Below are positions 1-10,553 of a DNA stretch of 64,000 nt, in pieces. Made by a program: the position numbers and the translations under genes. Below the pieces are notes generated by a model. The model was given only the letters and a program-made list of their open reading frames with translations, was not told the origin of the DNA and did no database searches. Every line of letters starts with the position of its first letter. The first letter of the stretch is position 1. Source of the stretch: Haplodiscus bocki (taxonomy: Eukaryota). Location: NCBI GenBank assembly GCA_965655095.1, contig OZ296651.1:117676001-117740000 (forward strand). The letters run 5' to 3'.

Positions 1-1597
1 AACCGGATTCTTCAATGAAACACCAGCAACCAAATGGGCACCGAACGTTCGGGTAAGGTTCTTTATCCAAAGCTACTGCTATTTGTTCTTGTTGAAGAGT
101 TTTGATCAGTTTCTGGAAATAATGCAAACGAGCGGTTCCGTCAACGACACATTTCCCATTGATTTCTTTTCCATTGAGAAACTGTTGGACACATGGAGTA
201 AACTTTTCCAAGCATCCCATCCATTGCTGTCTCAGTTCCCAAGATAACAACGTTAAAACATTCAACTGCTGCTCCTTGGGCATTTTTTCATCACTCAAAA
301 GCGTGAAAAAAACAGATGGCCATGCGTGACTCCACTCGATGCGTTCGGAAGTACAGTAAAGTAGACATTGATTGCATAATATGGGAAAAGCGTCCTTGAT
401 TCGGTTACCAAACATTCTGTTTATAAAATCTGACTTTTCTGTCTTAGTAAGCTTTAACGGATATTGCAGCGTGGATTGTCGCAAGCATTTGCCGCAAAAC
501 TCTCCGTCAGCAGACTTAGAATTACCATCTGTCGTTTGTTCATTTGTTGCATCACTGTGTGAAACCGTAGCAGTGTTAGTGTACAGATCCTCGATTTTGG
601 GTATTTCTCTGCTCAGAACAGATTTGGTAGCGTTTTCTGACAACGGTAGCATCGGAAAATTTTGATCTGACTTTGCGTTACAGGAGTTCTGACTTGGAAT
701 GTGTGTGACGTGAGTTTCAAGGCATGTCTTCGAGGTGGATGGATCCGCAGTGTGTTTTGCTTTTTTCGCTGGTGGGACCCCTGTTGTGTTTTCCGGGTAC
801 CTGAAAGATTCAATATCCTCTCCCAAAACTGACGAAGAGAAATGCATTGCGTTGGAACCAAGACAGGAAATTCTTTGTGAACCTGCAGCGTTTTCTTCAT
901 TTGCGACTGAAACCAACTCACTGATTACTTCAAAGTGATTTGCATTCCAGGTTTGCTGAATGAAAATTCCACGACGATTCGTGCTCAGAGAGCATTCATA
1001 AACCAACCAGGATTTCAGAGGAACATGATATAAATATACGTCCATTTGGAAAATCTGACAAAACGCGTATATTTCAACGCATGTTCCGAAGACTCCATTT
1101 TCTTCCATTTTCGACAAACTGAGGTACTCTTGAATCGAAGTACAAAGCAAAACACGGTATTGGTTTGGAAAATCAGCGGAGTAAATTGTGGTTTGTAAGC
1201 TGTTTGGAGGGAAGTTGATGAACATCATGTTGCTAACAATTATATTCCGTAGAATTGAACTACAATCCTGTGACAAACCGAGAGCAACTGCTAAGGATGA
1301 GAAAAGGCAATTACCATCGCCAAAAATCGCAGTTACACGCGCCGGACGCAAATTATAAATGATACTGTCATTTGCGATCGAAACGTCTAGAGAGACTAAA
1401 AAATCAGTTAGACCTAAAGTTGAGAGACAGTTCAGAGTTTCACTTCGTGCAACTGGTGAAACGGAGATTGAAATGTCGGGAATTTTGTATAAGATGCCCA
1501 GCGGCTCATCAGATTGCAGTTCTCGATCAATGTCCTTCAGGCAAACATGGCTTGCAACAGCAAATTGTCCACAAGAAGTACAACGGCGACGCTTCAT
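1..1597 (-). CDS. N-terminal part of the OTU/Rep/helicase polyprotein, divergent subfamily (runs off window, absent from ORF track)
   Basis: Manual translation from ATG 1597 is open to position 1: MKRRRCTSCGQF...EPLGILY...IFGDGNCLFSSLA (OTU Cys)...GVFGTCVEIYAFCQIF...NHFEVIS (OTU His)...CGKCLRQST...AWPSVFFTLLSD...EPYPNVRCPFGCWCFIEESG. Collinear with the unit 1-3 proteins. Confidence 0.9.
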   Translation of the reverse strand, partial: MKRRRCTSCGQFAVASHVCLKDIDRELQSDEPLGILYKIPDISISVSPVARSETLNCLSTLGLTDFLVSLDVSIANDSIIYNLRPARVTAIFGDGNCLFSSLAVALGLSQDCSSILRNIIVSNMMFINFPPNSLQTTIYSADFPNQYRVLLCTSIQEYLSLSKMEENGVFGTCVEIYAFCQIFQMDVYLYHVPLKSWLVYECSLSTNRRGIFIQQTWNANHFEVISELVSVANEENAAGSQRISCLGSNAMHFSSSVLGEDIESFRYPENTTGVPPAKKAKHTADPSTSKTCLETHVTHIPSQNSCNAKSDQNFPMLPLSENATKSVLSREIPKIEDLYTNTATVSHSDATNEQTTDGNSKSADGEFCGKCLRQSTLQYPLKLTKTEKSDFINRMFGNRIKDAFPILCNQCLLYCTSERIEWSHAWPSVFFTLLSDEKMPKEQQLNVLTLLSWELRQQWMGCLEKFTPCVQQFLNGKEINGKCVVDGTARLHYFQKLIKTLQQEQIAVALDKEPYPNVRCPFGCWCFIEESG

Positions 1598-2929
1598 GTT
1601 TTGCTTTTTGGTTGCAGGTTTGATTGCACAAAAAAGGGAAGCAGCATGTCAAAATTTACCATACCTATTTGAAACACAAAAAAAATTACAGACCCCAGAT
1701 AATTGAAGCCGCCAAGGACCCATTTGCGACAAATAGAGCTCCAGAGGCTGCTATAAATTCGACATACAGACTGTGATATTTATTCCTTTCCGCATTTCAA
1801 ACCTTTTTGAAGTTTTTAGGAAAGGACTGTTTCCATAACGGTTACAGTTTCCATTGCGAATTGAATAATGAAAAACAGAAGCGCCTTGGTTTTGCGAAGG
1901 CCTCTGAGCGAAACCAAGGCTTTGGGAAGATGCCTTTTACATATAGTGCTTCACTCGTGCCGACATCAAATAGCAAAAGTCCTACAGGCAAAGCACATAG
2001 AAAACACAATGAAAGTCTCTAAACATTTACAAGAAGCAATAAACTACTTTCCAAATTAACCCTTCAAGAAAGAGAAGCCGATATAAAATCTTTGGCTTCA
2101 GGTCACAAGTTTTGGTCTGCAACAAAAACCAGCAAACTCCTACAGGAAGGAGGCGTATGTCAAAATTCCCCAAAAACTTTCACTTGCGATAATTGGTACC
2201 AGCCAATTACTTCCCCCTTTTGACGTGGAATGAAACAGAGACTATTCACACAACTGCACGAGAAACACACTTTTTGTCATTAATTTACTCAATATGGTGA
2301 CAATTGGCAAACACAAACAAAAACGAAAATAAACTTTTGCAGATACACGCAAAATTGCATCATTTTCTTCCCTGCCAGCACAGCACAACCAAAAACAAAA
2401 AAAATACTCAAGTTTATTCTGCCTTTCATATATTCGAACGTTATTTTTAATGAGCACCCGAAAATCATGAAGAATTTTCCTATAATGACACAGACTACAC
2501 AATTATCTGCCTTTACTTCAAGCTGACTACAATGGCAATCAATCTGAAGCTTGCTTTTTACTGCTGGAAACTTAACCGTCCTGTAGTTGGCGATAAGAAG
2601 AGCAAATATATCTAAAGCAATGAACATGAAAAATTAGCTTAAATTAAACTGACATTGAACTGTTGAACAAAGTAGGATATCATGTTACAGCGTTTTACTG
2701 CTCAGTTGAAAAGAGATAAAACCCTTTTTTCAAAAGCGTGAAACAAGAACGTTACGTAATCTTTCATTCCCACACTGACAGCGGAAACGGTCTGTTTGTC
2801 TAAGAAATTATCCCTTGTTTTCAGTTTACCGCATGACTGACACCAAACTCACCAGCTAACGAATGGCGAACACTAAATGTTACGTGACCGGTGTTTAGGC
2901 CGCAGACGGTTAAAAAGTAAATGAAAGCA

Positions 2930-3790
2930 AGTTCTCCTCCTAAGCAAAACCAATAATATGCTCAACTTTGTTGAACCTGTAGAAATTGTTCCTCTAATGC
3001 CAGTCAACGTTGGCAACCAAGGGGATACATTAAAAGTAACGATTATTTTGTTTACTTTTCAATTTCCCACGTCTCCAATGCGCCATTAACTATTTCAACA
3101 TTTCATGTACGATGATAACAGCGTAGTCCCCCTTTTAGTTTTAGAAATTATTGAAAAGTATTAGTAGTCAGCCAGCGATTCTGACAAGCGTTACACAGCA
3201 CTCTTCTCCCAGGAAAACGTTAGCAAAGTAATTTACCAAAGTTAATGCGCCGAATTTATCGACACAAGCCAAAAATTGTTCACCAAAATCAGTTGAGACT
3301 TCAGTGAGTCAGGAATTACAGGATGAACAGTTCATACGTTTCTATCACATACGAAAAAGTATCTACATGAAAGGGTTCAAATGCGGGATTGGAAATTGGC
3401 GATGCCGAGTTCACGTGAAACAATTTACGATTTGATATAAAAACGCAATATCCAAAAAGAAACCTCGACAAAACTTCACAAGAATAAAACGTATCCATAA
3501 CATGCTCGTTCGCTGATCATTTTATCTGACAACAAGTAATTTTTTACACAAAATTCAAAAGTTATTTTGGAATAAGTGTAAAACTCCGTTATGTATGCGT
3601 CGGAACCGACCGAATAGCCTCTTCCAAGAACCTCACGCAAAAACGTTTGTGAAACGCGACAGTTCTGGTTCGGTCTGTAGAAGAAAAAAATTCTTAAAAT
3701 CGAAACCACTCTTGAAAGTCATCAATAGTAAAGAAGCATCGTTTTAACTGAGCATGATACCTTCAGAAACTGTTTCGATTCCTTTCACTA
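2930..3790 (-). pseudogene. Decayed accessory ORF (unit 0 copy); boundaries approximate
   Basis: Fragments FYRPNQNCRVS...VGSDAYITEF, PISNPAFEPFHVDTF and AVIIVHEMLK*LMAH match the equivalent frames in units 1-3. Interrupted by stops and frameshifts. Confidence 0.5.
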
Positions 3791-4767
3791 ACCACGTTTA
3801 TTGTTGGTAAAAGCTGAAAATCAGGAAAATCAAAGCACGAATTTCACCACTTGACAAAAGAAAGACACACATTTAGTCTACTATCAGCACTGATACGTCA
3901 TCAAAGTGGCCTTTAACTTGTCATAATCTATGGCTGACGATGACTTGATGGAGACAATGGAGACAAGTGTCTCAAGTCAATGATGAAAATGGCTAGTTAC
4001 CATTAATCCTTTTGTTCTGCTTCTGGACGCATTAAACGTATTTAATGCGTTTTGAACGGTGCATGAATAAAATAGTTACATAATGGATGAAATGTTTTGG
4101 CGCGGAACTTTTTGTTCATGAATTTCTCTGGTACAGAACACCTAACTGTACTTTTTCATGTATGAAAAAGGCCAAATGACGTGGACGAGCCCGCAACACC
4201 AATATTGTTTCTCTGAAGAACAAAAAACGGTATGGAGGACCACCAAGAAATGCTTCAGGTACATCACCCATTCTGCAAGCCAATGATTTCTTTGAAAAAT
4301 TCCGGATTAAACAAATGGGAAGGTTATCCAATGAAAACGTTCATTGTTATGTAAGTCGGTCACGGGTAAATGGGTGAAGTTAAATATTATTTCTGCAGCT
4401 GACAACTTTAAAAATTTGTTACATTAGCGCCGTTTTGACCTGAGTTTGTGTAAAAATCGACCAGAAAGTATGTTTGCCATCCTTCATTGCTGCTGTTGTC
4501 AACTTTTAAAAAGTCTACAAAACTATACGTTTTGCGGAAAAAACGCAATCTTACGGTGTGAGACAAACTGTCCATGTATCCATGTATCAGTTGTACCGCG
4601 TCGTGTGAGCTATTCTTCAGCCTGGAGTAAGGTATCGTAAATAAAAAAAACAACAGTTTCCTTTTATAAAAACAACCCTTTAGAAAAAAGAACCAATCAC
4701 CAGAAATGATGCAGCAAAAAAATTGGATGCAAAAAATCCCGCCTTCTGGTAATTTTCACCGTCGCCT

Positions 4768-5814
4768 CCACTGGGTGGTCAGGTGATTGCGCCCCACATA
4801 GGTCCTCGCGAGGCGGGGGAGGGGCCCCTTTGCCTCGCGTTAAAATATAGGAAATAACAAATACGCACATACGGTATAGGGAATGTGCGATCTCAGCTCC
4901 CACCCATACGATTTGGATCAAACTTTGCATGCGGACATAACTTTCAATTCTAAGAACAATGGTGCAAGTTAGATCATTTTAGCAAAAATGGTTGGGGAGT
5001 TATGACGGGATGATTCTGTTTTTTGGCCTCATTTTGCAGTTTTTTACCGACAGCCCTGCAAGTAACCAGATGCATTTGGCCGAAACTTTTCGTGTGAAGC
5101 AGAATAACTAAGGGCTACACGCATGCAAGAAATTTTCTACCAACTCGTCATAGGTGTTGAGATATGACGGATCAAATTTGGAAAAAAATGCCGAAAATCG
5201 GCCATTTCGTCATAGCTCCCACATTGAAGTGCATAGTTTGCCCTCTGGAGTGGCTCCAGTATGAAATCAACTCCATAACTTGAAAGACAATTTTCCGAAG
5301 ATGAAAAATTTTCGGCCACTTTGCCGAAAGAAATGACGGTTATGACGAAATTTTCGAAAAAAATATTAAAAATTTCCAAAAACTCAGTTTTGATTGTAGA
5401 ATTCATATCTGGCAAATGTTTTGTCCAACTTTCCCCCAAATTTTTCTTACTGCATAGTTTTTTGAATTTTAACCTTTTTTTGTGGGTTGAAGTATTGAAA
5501 TTTTCTGGAAAAACAATCATAATTTGGCCCAAAATTTAAAAAAAAAATTTCGAAATTCAAATTGTTAATTGCCCCGCCCCGTTGTTTCGTAGATTAGCGA
5601 AGCGACACGGAGAAACAACGGGGCCAAACTGTTCGGAAGCTTCGTCTTCAATGTCCTGTCGATTTCAATGAAGATTTCACAGGCTCAATTTCAATGCATT
5701 AAACAGGCATTTGCAAAACTCATTACTGTGTTCGAAGAAAAGACTATCAGTAATGTATCATATTTCAGAGGTGCTTCTCCAGTGACCGCCACCTGGTGAT
5801 TTTCACCGGTGCCT
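4768..5814. mobile_element. Short non-coding module, type A (1047 bp), putative non-autonomous partner
   Basis: Bounded by junction motifs at 4768 and 5815. First ~580 bp are homologous to the left terminus of the long units (GAGGCGGGGGAGGGGCC, CCATACGATTT.GATCAAACTTTGCATG, AATGACGGTTATGACGA). No credible ORF. Confidence 0.8.
5576..5624. other. 13-bp stem / 23-nt loop hairpin specific to the short modules
   Basis: GCCCCGTTGTTTC (5576-5588) is the exact reverse complement of GAAACAACGGGGC (5612-5624). Copies at 6623-6671, 41225-41273 and 59216-59264. Confidence 0.85.
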
Positions 5815-6861
5815 CCACTGGGTGGTCACGGGATTGCGCCCCTCATAGGTCCTGGCGAGGCGGGGGAGGGGCCCCTTTGCCTCGCGTTAAAATATAAGAA
5901 ATAACTCTATGCAAATACGGTATAGGAAAATAGCGATCTCAGCTCCCACCCATACGATTTGGATCAAACTTTGCATGCGGACATAACTTTCAATTCTAAG
6001 ATCAATGGTGCAAGTTAGATCATTCTAGCAAAAATGGTAGGGGAGTTATGACGGGATGATTCTGTTTTTTGGCCTCATTTTTCAGTTTTTTACCGACAGC
6101 CCTGCAAGTAACCATACGCATTTGGCCGAAACTTTTCGTATGAAGCAGAATAACTAAGGGCTACACGCATGCAAAAAATTTTCTACCAACTCGTCATAGG
6201 TGTGGAGATATGACGGATGAAATTTGGAAAAAAATGCCGAAAATCGACCATTTCGTCATAGCTCCCACATTGAAGTGCATAGTTTGCACTCTGGAGTGGC
6301 TCCAGTATGAAATCGACTCCATAACTTGAAAGGCAATTTTCCGAAGATGAAAAATTTTCGGCCACTTTGCCGAAAGAAATGACGGTTATGACGAAAATTT
6401 CGAAAAAAAAACTTAAAATTTTCCAAAACCTCAGTTTTGATTGTAGAATTCATATCTGGCAATTTTTTTGTCCATTTTTCCCCCAAATTTTTCTTACTGC
6501 ATAGTTGTTTTGAGTTTGAAACTTTTTTGTGGGTTGAGGTATTGAAATTTTCTGGAAAAACAATCATAATTTGGCCCAAAATTGAAAAAAAAAAATTCGA
6601 AATTCAAATTGTTATTTGCCCCGCCCCGTTGTTTCGTAGATTAGCGAAGCGACACGGAGAAACAACGGGGCCGAACTTTTTGCAAGCTTCGTCCTTGATG
6701 TCCTGTCGATTTCAATGAAGATTTCACAGGCTCAATTTCAAAGTATTAAACAGGCATTTGCAAAACTCATTACTGTGTTCGAAGAAAAGACTATCAGTAA
6801 ACTATCATATTTCAGAGGTGCTTCTCCAGTGACCGCCACCTGGTGATTTTCACCGGTGCTT
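5815..6861. mobile_element. Short non-coding module, type A (1047 bp), tandem copy
   Basis: Close direct repeat of 4768-5814, bounded by the same junction motif. Confidence 0.8.
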
Positions 6862-8196
6862 CCACTGGGTGGTCACGCTTTTTAGCCCCACAAAACCGTT
6901 TGCGAGGCGGGGGAGGGGCCCTGTGCCGAGCTTCATAAATCAAGTTTACACCTAACCGGACCCCCCCGAAAAGGAGACGATCTCGAAACCTAACCATACG
7001 ATTTCGATCAAACTTTGCATGTGGATAGAGTCTGCCGATGTATGAAGATTTTTGGCACTTACATCATTTTCTTTTTTTTTCGTTGGGGAGATATGACGCA
7101 ATGATCCTGTTTTTTGGCAGGTTTCGATGTATTTTTCGCAATATCTCCACACTTTAACCATAGCATTGGACTCAAATTTTTTCTGTGAAGCACAATTGTT
7201 GTGGACTACCTACCTGCCAAAATTTTTTGGCCAGGGCCTTTTGCCCTAGGAGATATGACCTTTCAAAATTGTCAAAAATAGGCCAAAATCGACCAATTTG
7301 TCATTTCTCCCACGTTGATGTTAAAAAAGTGATGTGAGCTTTCGTCACAACGTGACGGGACCTGTGTCAAATGAAAAAAAAATTTCCGACAAAAAAACAG
7401 TTTTGGTCAAATTGCCGAAAATAATGACGGTTATGACGATTTTTTGAGGAGGAAAAAAAAAACAGGTAAAAAGTCAGTTTCTCCTCTACTTCATCTGAAA
7501 TCCGTCAACTTTTTGAAGGCGGGAATGAAGCTTTGCTGAAATTTCATACTCAACTATTAGGCTGGGAAACTGTCGGTAACACAAGTTTTAACTTGGGCCA
7601 ATTCAAGGAAACTCGCTGCAGTTTTTTTTCTTTCAATTCCAAATTATTTGTAATAGAAATTATGAAGATTATGTTATAGTTATACATAACTGTAGCAACT
7701 TTTTTTGTCTCAGTGGACATTGAATTAGATTTGAGGTGACTAGTTACAAGGAGCTGCACAAACTTTTTTCTGAATGACCCATTGAATTTTTAATGAACAT
7801 TATACGTACCAACAACAGAAAACAACTTAAACTGTGCTAAATAAAGTTCACTAGTAATACAAAGTGAAATCTCAGTTTAACTGCAAATGAATGGTAGCAA
7901 CCCTTGAAAATTCAATTGAATGCACGTAGAAAAAATGCACTTCATGACAACTATCTTTTTCTTAAACGACAATTGATCTTTTAATTTTGGGCAAACACCT
8001 TACGGTCGAATGCCTTGTGACAGTCGATGTTGCATGCAAACAACTTTCGGTAGCTTGCGGAATGATTCATTGCACCTTGTTTTAATTGTCTCTAATACCT
8101 GTGTTGCGCCTGTAATTAATTTGTAACTGTAGTAAAAACTATCACAACAGTGATTGATATAAGATTTGTTTGAGTTTTGTTGGTTCAATGAAGTGT

Positions 8197-9210
8197 TCAT
8201 CTCATGTTGTTTGCATTGTCACTTGCCGGCAAACTTGCGTTAGCGTGAAAAAGGCGTGGTGGCTGGTTTGTATCGTCTCCAGTCCAGGGAATTACATTGT
8301 ACTTCAAGTTCACAGGGATCTCAGTCGCTGGAGTGATCCGACAAATTCTTACCCTTTGAACATTTTGGGCAATGTTTTCTTCTGTCAAAGCAGTTTTGTA
8401 GAAGCCTGACACTCTCCATCCACCATTGTTATTAACATGGTTGGCAACACGCATGACAGCTTCTCTCAAAAGTCCCCTGTCAATTGATGTGTATGCCGAT
8501 CTAATGATAGCTTCCTCACAAAAAAGTTTGGTCAAAGACAAACTTTGCAGAATATCCCCTGTTAGAGGATCATCGTCTTCGTTCAATATGTCCTGACTAA
8601 TTACCCTTGCTGACATTACCCATGCCCACAAAGTCGATTTTTGCAAACATGCACAAATGCTTTCGTTTTTTCCATTTCTTCTGTCGCACAAAAAACCTGA
8701 ACAAGTCGGAAACACAGGAATTGCGTGCAGAAACGAAAGGGGTCGATGTGGGAGACAGAAGTGGAACATTGCACCCGTCGAGGGATTCAAATCGATAGGA
8801 ACAGGCTCCATTGGCAGGTCGTCGGTAACTACCTCTAACGGAAGAGACACGTTGAAAATTGGATTGGTTCGATCGTTACCAAGGCAGGAGTTGGAAAATA
8901 TTGCTTCTTTCACATCAACGATGGCACCAATAGTTAATTTTCGGTCAGCAAAAAGGAGTGAACTTTTCTGCGCAGAATCGGCTATTACTGCAAAGCATTC
9001 TCGCGTTTCCATTTCGCCGATGATGATTAGGCGATCATAGTTTGTGTCAGGGGTCAATCTTTTAGCTTTTACAGTTTGCGGTCGAAATAACTGTAGGGGA
9101 CGATCAAATTTTTTAAAAACCAAAACAACACCTCGGATATATGTGTTCTCACTGTTTCGCAAGAAATTGGGAGCAATAATTTGGGCTGTATTTACACGGG
9201 TGGTCATCAT
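8197..9210 (-). CDS. 337-aa accessory protein of unknown function with Cys cluster (CSGFLCD...CAC)
   Basis: ATG-ATG start at 9210. The 1014-bp frame is the same length in all four copies and is open in units 1, 3 and 4. Confidence 0.8.
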   Translation of the reverse strand: MMTTRVNTAQIIAPNFLRNSENTYIRGVVLVFKKFDRPLQLFRPQTVKAKRLTPDTNYDRLIIIGEMETRECFAVIADSAQKSSLLFADRKLTIGAIVDVKEAIFSNSCLGNDRTNPIFNVSLPLEVVTDDLPMEPVPIDLNPSTGAMFHFCLPHRPLSFLHAIPVFPTCSGFLCDRRNGKNESICACLQKSTLWAWVMSARVISQDILNEDDDPLTGDILQSLSLTKLFCEEAIIRSAYTSIDRGLLREAVMRVANHVNNNGGWRVSGFYKTALTEENIAQNVQRVRICRITPATEIPVNLKYNVIPWTGDDTNQPPRLFHANASLPASDNANNMR

Positions 9211-10553
9211 CTGGAACATTCCCTTCAAGCACCATCTTACACAACGCGGTTTACACAATGACATTTTTTTAACCTATTCAGGATGCAGAACTAAGTGTTC
9301 TCAATAAACAAAACAAAGAAGATGAAGTTGAACATGATCAAATACAACTTCACTAAATTTTCCACGTTTCAGTGAGAATTGTTAGTATACATTAAAAGGT
9401 TCGATATTAAAGTTGTTGCTCTTTTTTTACATTGAAAAAATTTACATGATTATTTACATGATGCCACGCAAAAGGTGGAACTGACTTTTTTCAACTTTTT
9501 TTTTCACTTTTCAACGGTCTGAAAGTTCAGTCAATAGTAAATGAGGGGTATGTTTGGTCTTAATTACATTCTTCAACGAACTTTCACTGAACAATCATGG
9601 CTGCAAATGCAAATGAAAAGAGTATACGTGTTGAAAACGTGTTAATTCAGGATAAAATTGAAGTTCTTTGTGGTAACCAGTCTAACATGAAACTAAAATC
9701 TTTTGAAAAATGATTAATTCATTGCACAGACAATGATAGCAACTTGAAAGAAATGAAACAATCGACAGTTTTTTGACTTAAACAAATGAAGTTGAATCGA
9801 AGCTACATAAAACGATATTTCAGGGGAAGTAATCTGCGGAATGTTCCATTTCAATGAGAATTTCAATTAGGTACAAAAAAGTAACAGAAATAAAAACAAC
9901 GCCGAACAAAAAGCAACATTCAAGGGTTTAGCAGTATCCATGGGTTTAGCAGTATTCACTTTATGGAGAAACGTATGTGAAAGAAACTAGCATACATAAA
10001 AAAACAACGCAACATACCAAATTCAAAGGTTTACCGGATTAAAATGACATTTACTCAAAAAATCATTGAGTTTTGTTGAGAAGTTACAAAAAAATAGCAA
10101 CTCAGATCACTTTACAGTCGATTCCAATTGTATGCACAGTAAAACAACCAATAACTCCTATTTGTTTGCTGCATGATAAAATAGGAATATCTGTTTAATC
10201 GAATATGCCGAAGGAAGCCTTCAAAACCTTGGTCGTTCAGGTTTCCCACAACACTTTTATTTCTTTTTCAGTTGGAAAACGATGTGATTGCTTTCAGAAC
10301 CCCAGTCGACATTGAGCAGGTGTACGTATTCTGCGACGCTCTGTTAAAAGAGTGGGCATTAAACAATTACAATTGATCACAATTTTGTCGACCACATTAT
10401 GAAAACTTTTCAGTCAACTTTGATATTTTAAAAGAAACTAAGAAGAAAGAAAACAAATACGCCATTACCAAAAAATCTAACACAGGGTACCATGTTAGAG
10501 ACTGCGTTCAATAATCAACAACTACTTCACGAAAGCTTTGTTACTTGTACTTA

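Larger units (their letters stand above)
1..4767 (-). mobile_element. Divergent Helitron-like long module (unit 0), truncated by the window start
   Basis: Its polyprotein N-terminus is homologous to units 1-3. Segment ~2930-4767 aligns with the right ends of units 1-3. It ends at junction motif CCACTGGGTGGTCA (4768). Confidence 0.85.

Noticed and set aside
4768-6861. CRISPR-like or LTR-like reading of the repeated terminus alternating with variable segments
   Set aside because: The repeats are ~600 bp, the intervening segments are homologous to each other, and there are no cas, reverse transcriptase or integrase genes.
5137-7161. ORF-track ORFs within short modules and termini (e.g. 5137-5532, 6256-6579, 6952-7161)
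   Set aside because: Frames break between copies at homopolymer indels, composition is low-complexity, and no motifs are recognisable.
9921-9958. 18-bp tandem duplication of GGGTTTAGCAGTAT, superficially telomere-like
   Set aside because: Only two copies, and single in unit 4; an ordinary local duplication.
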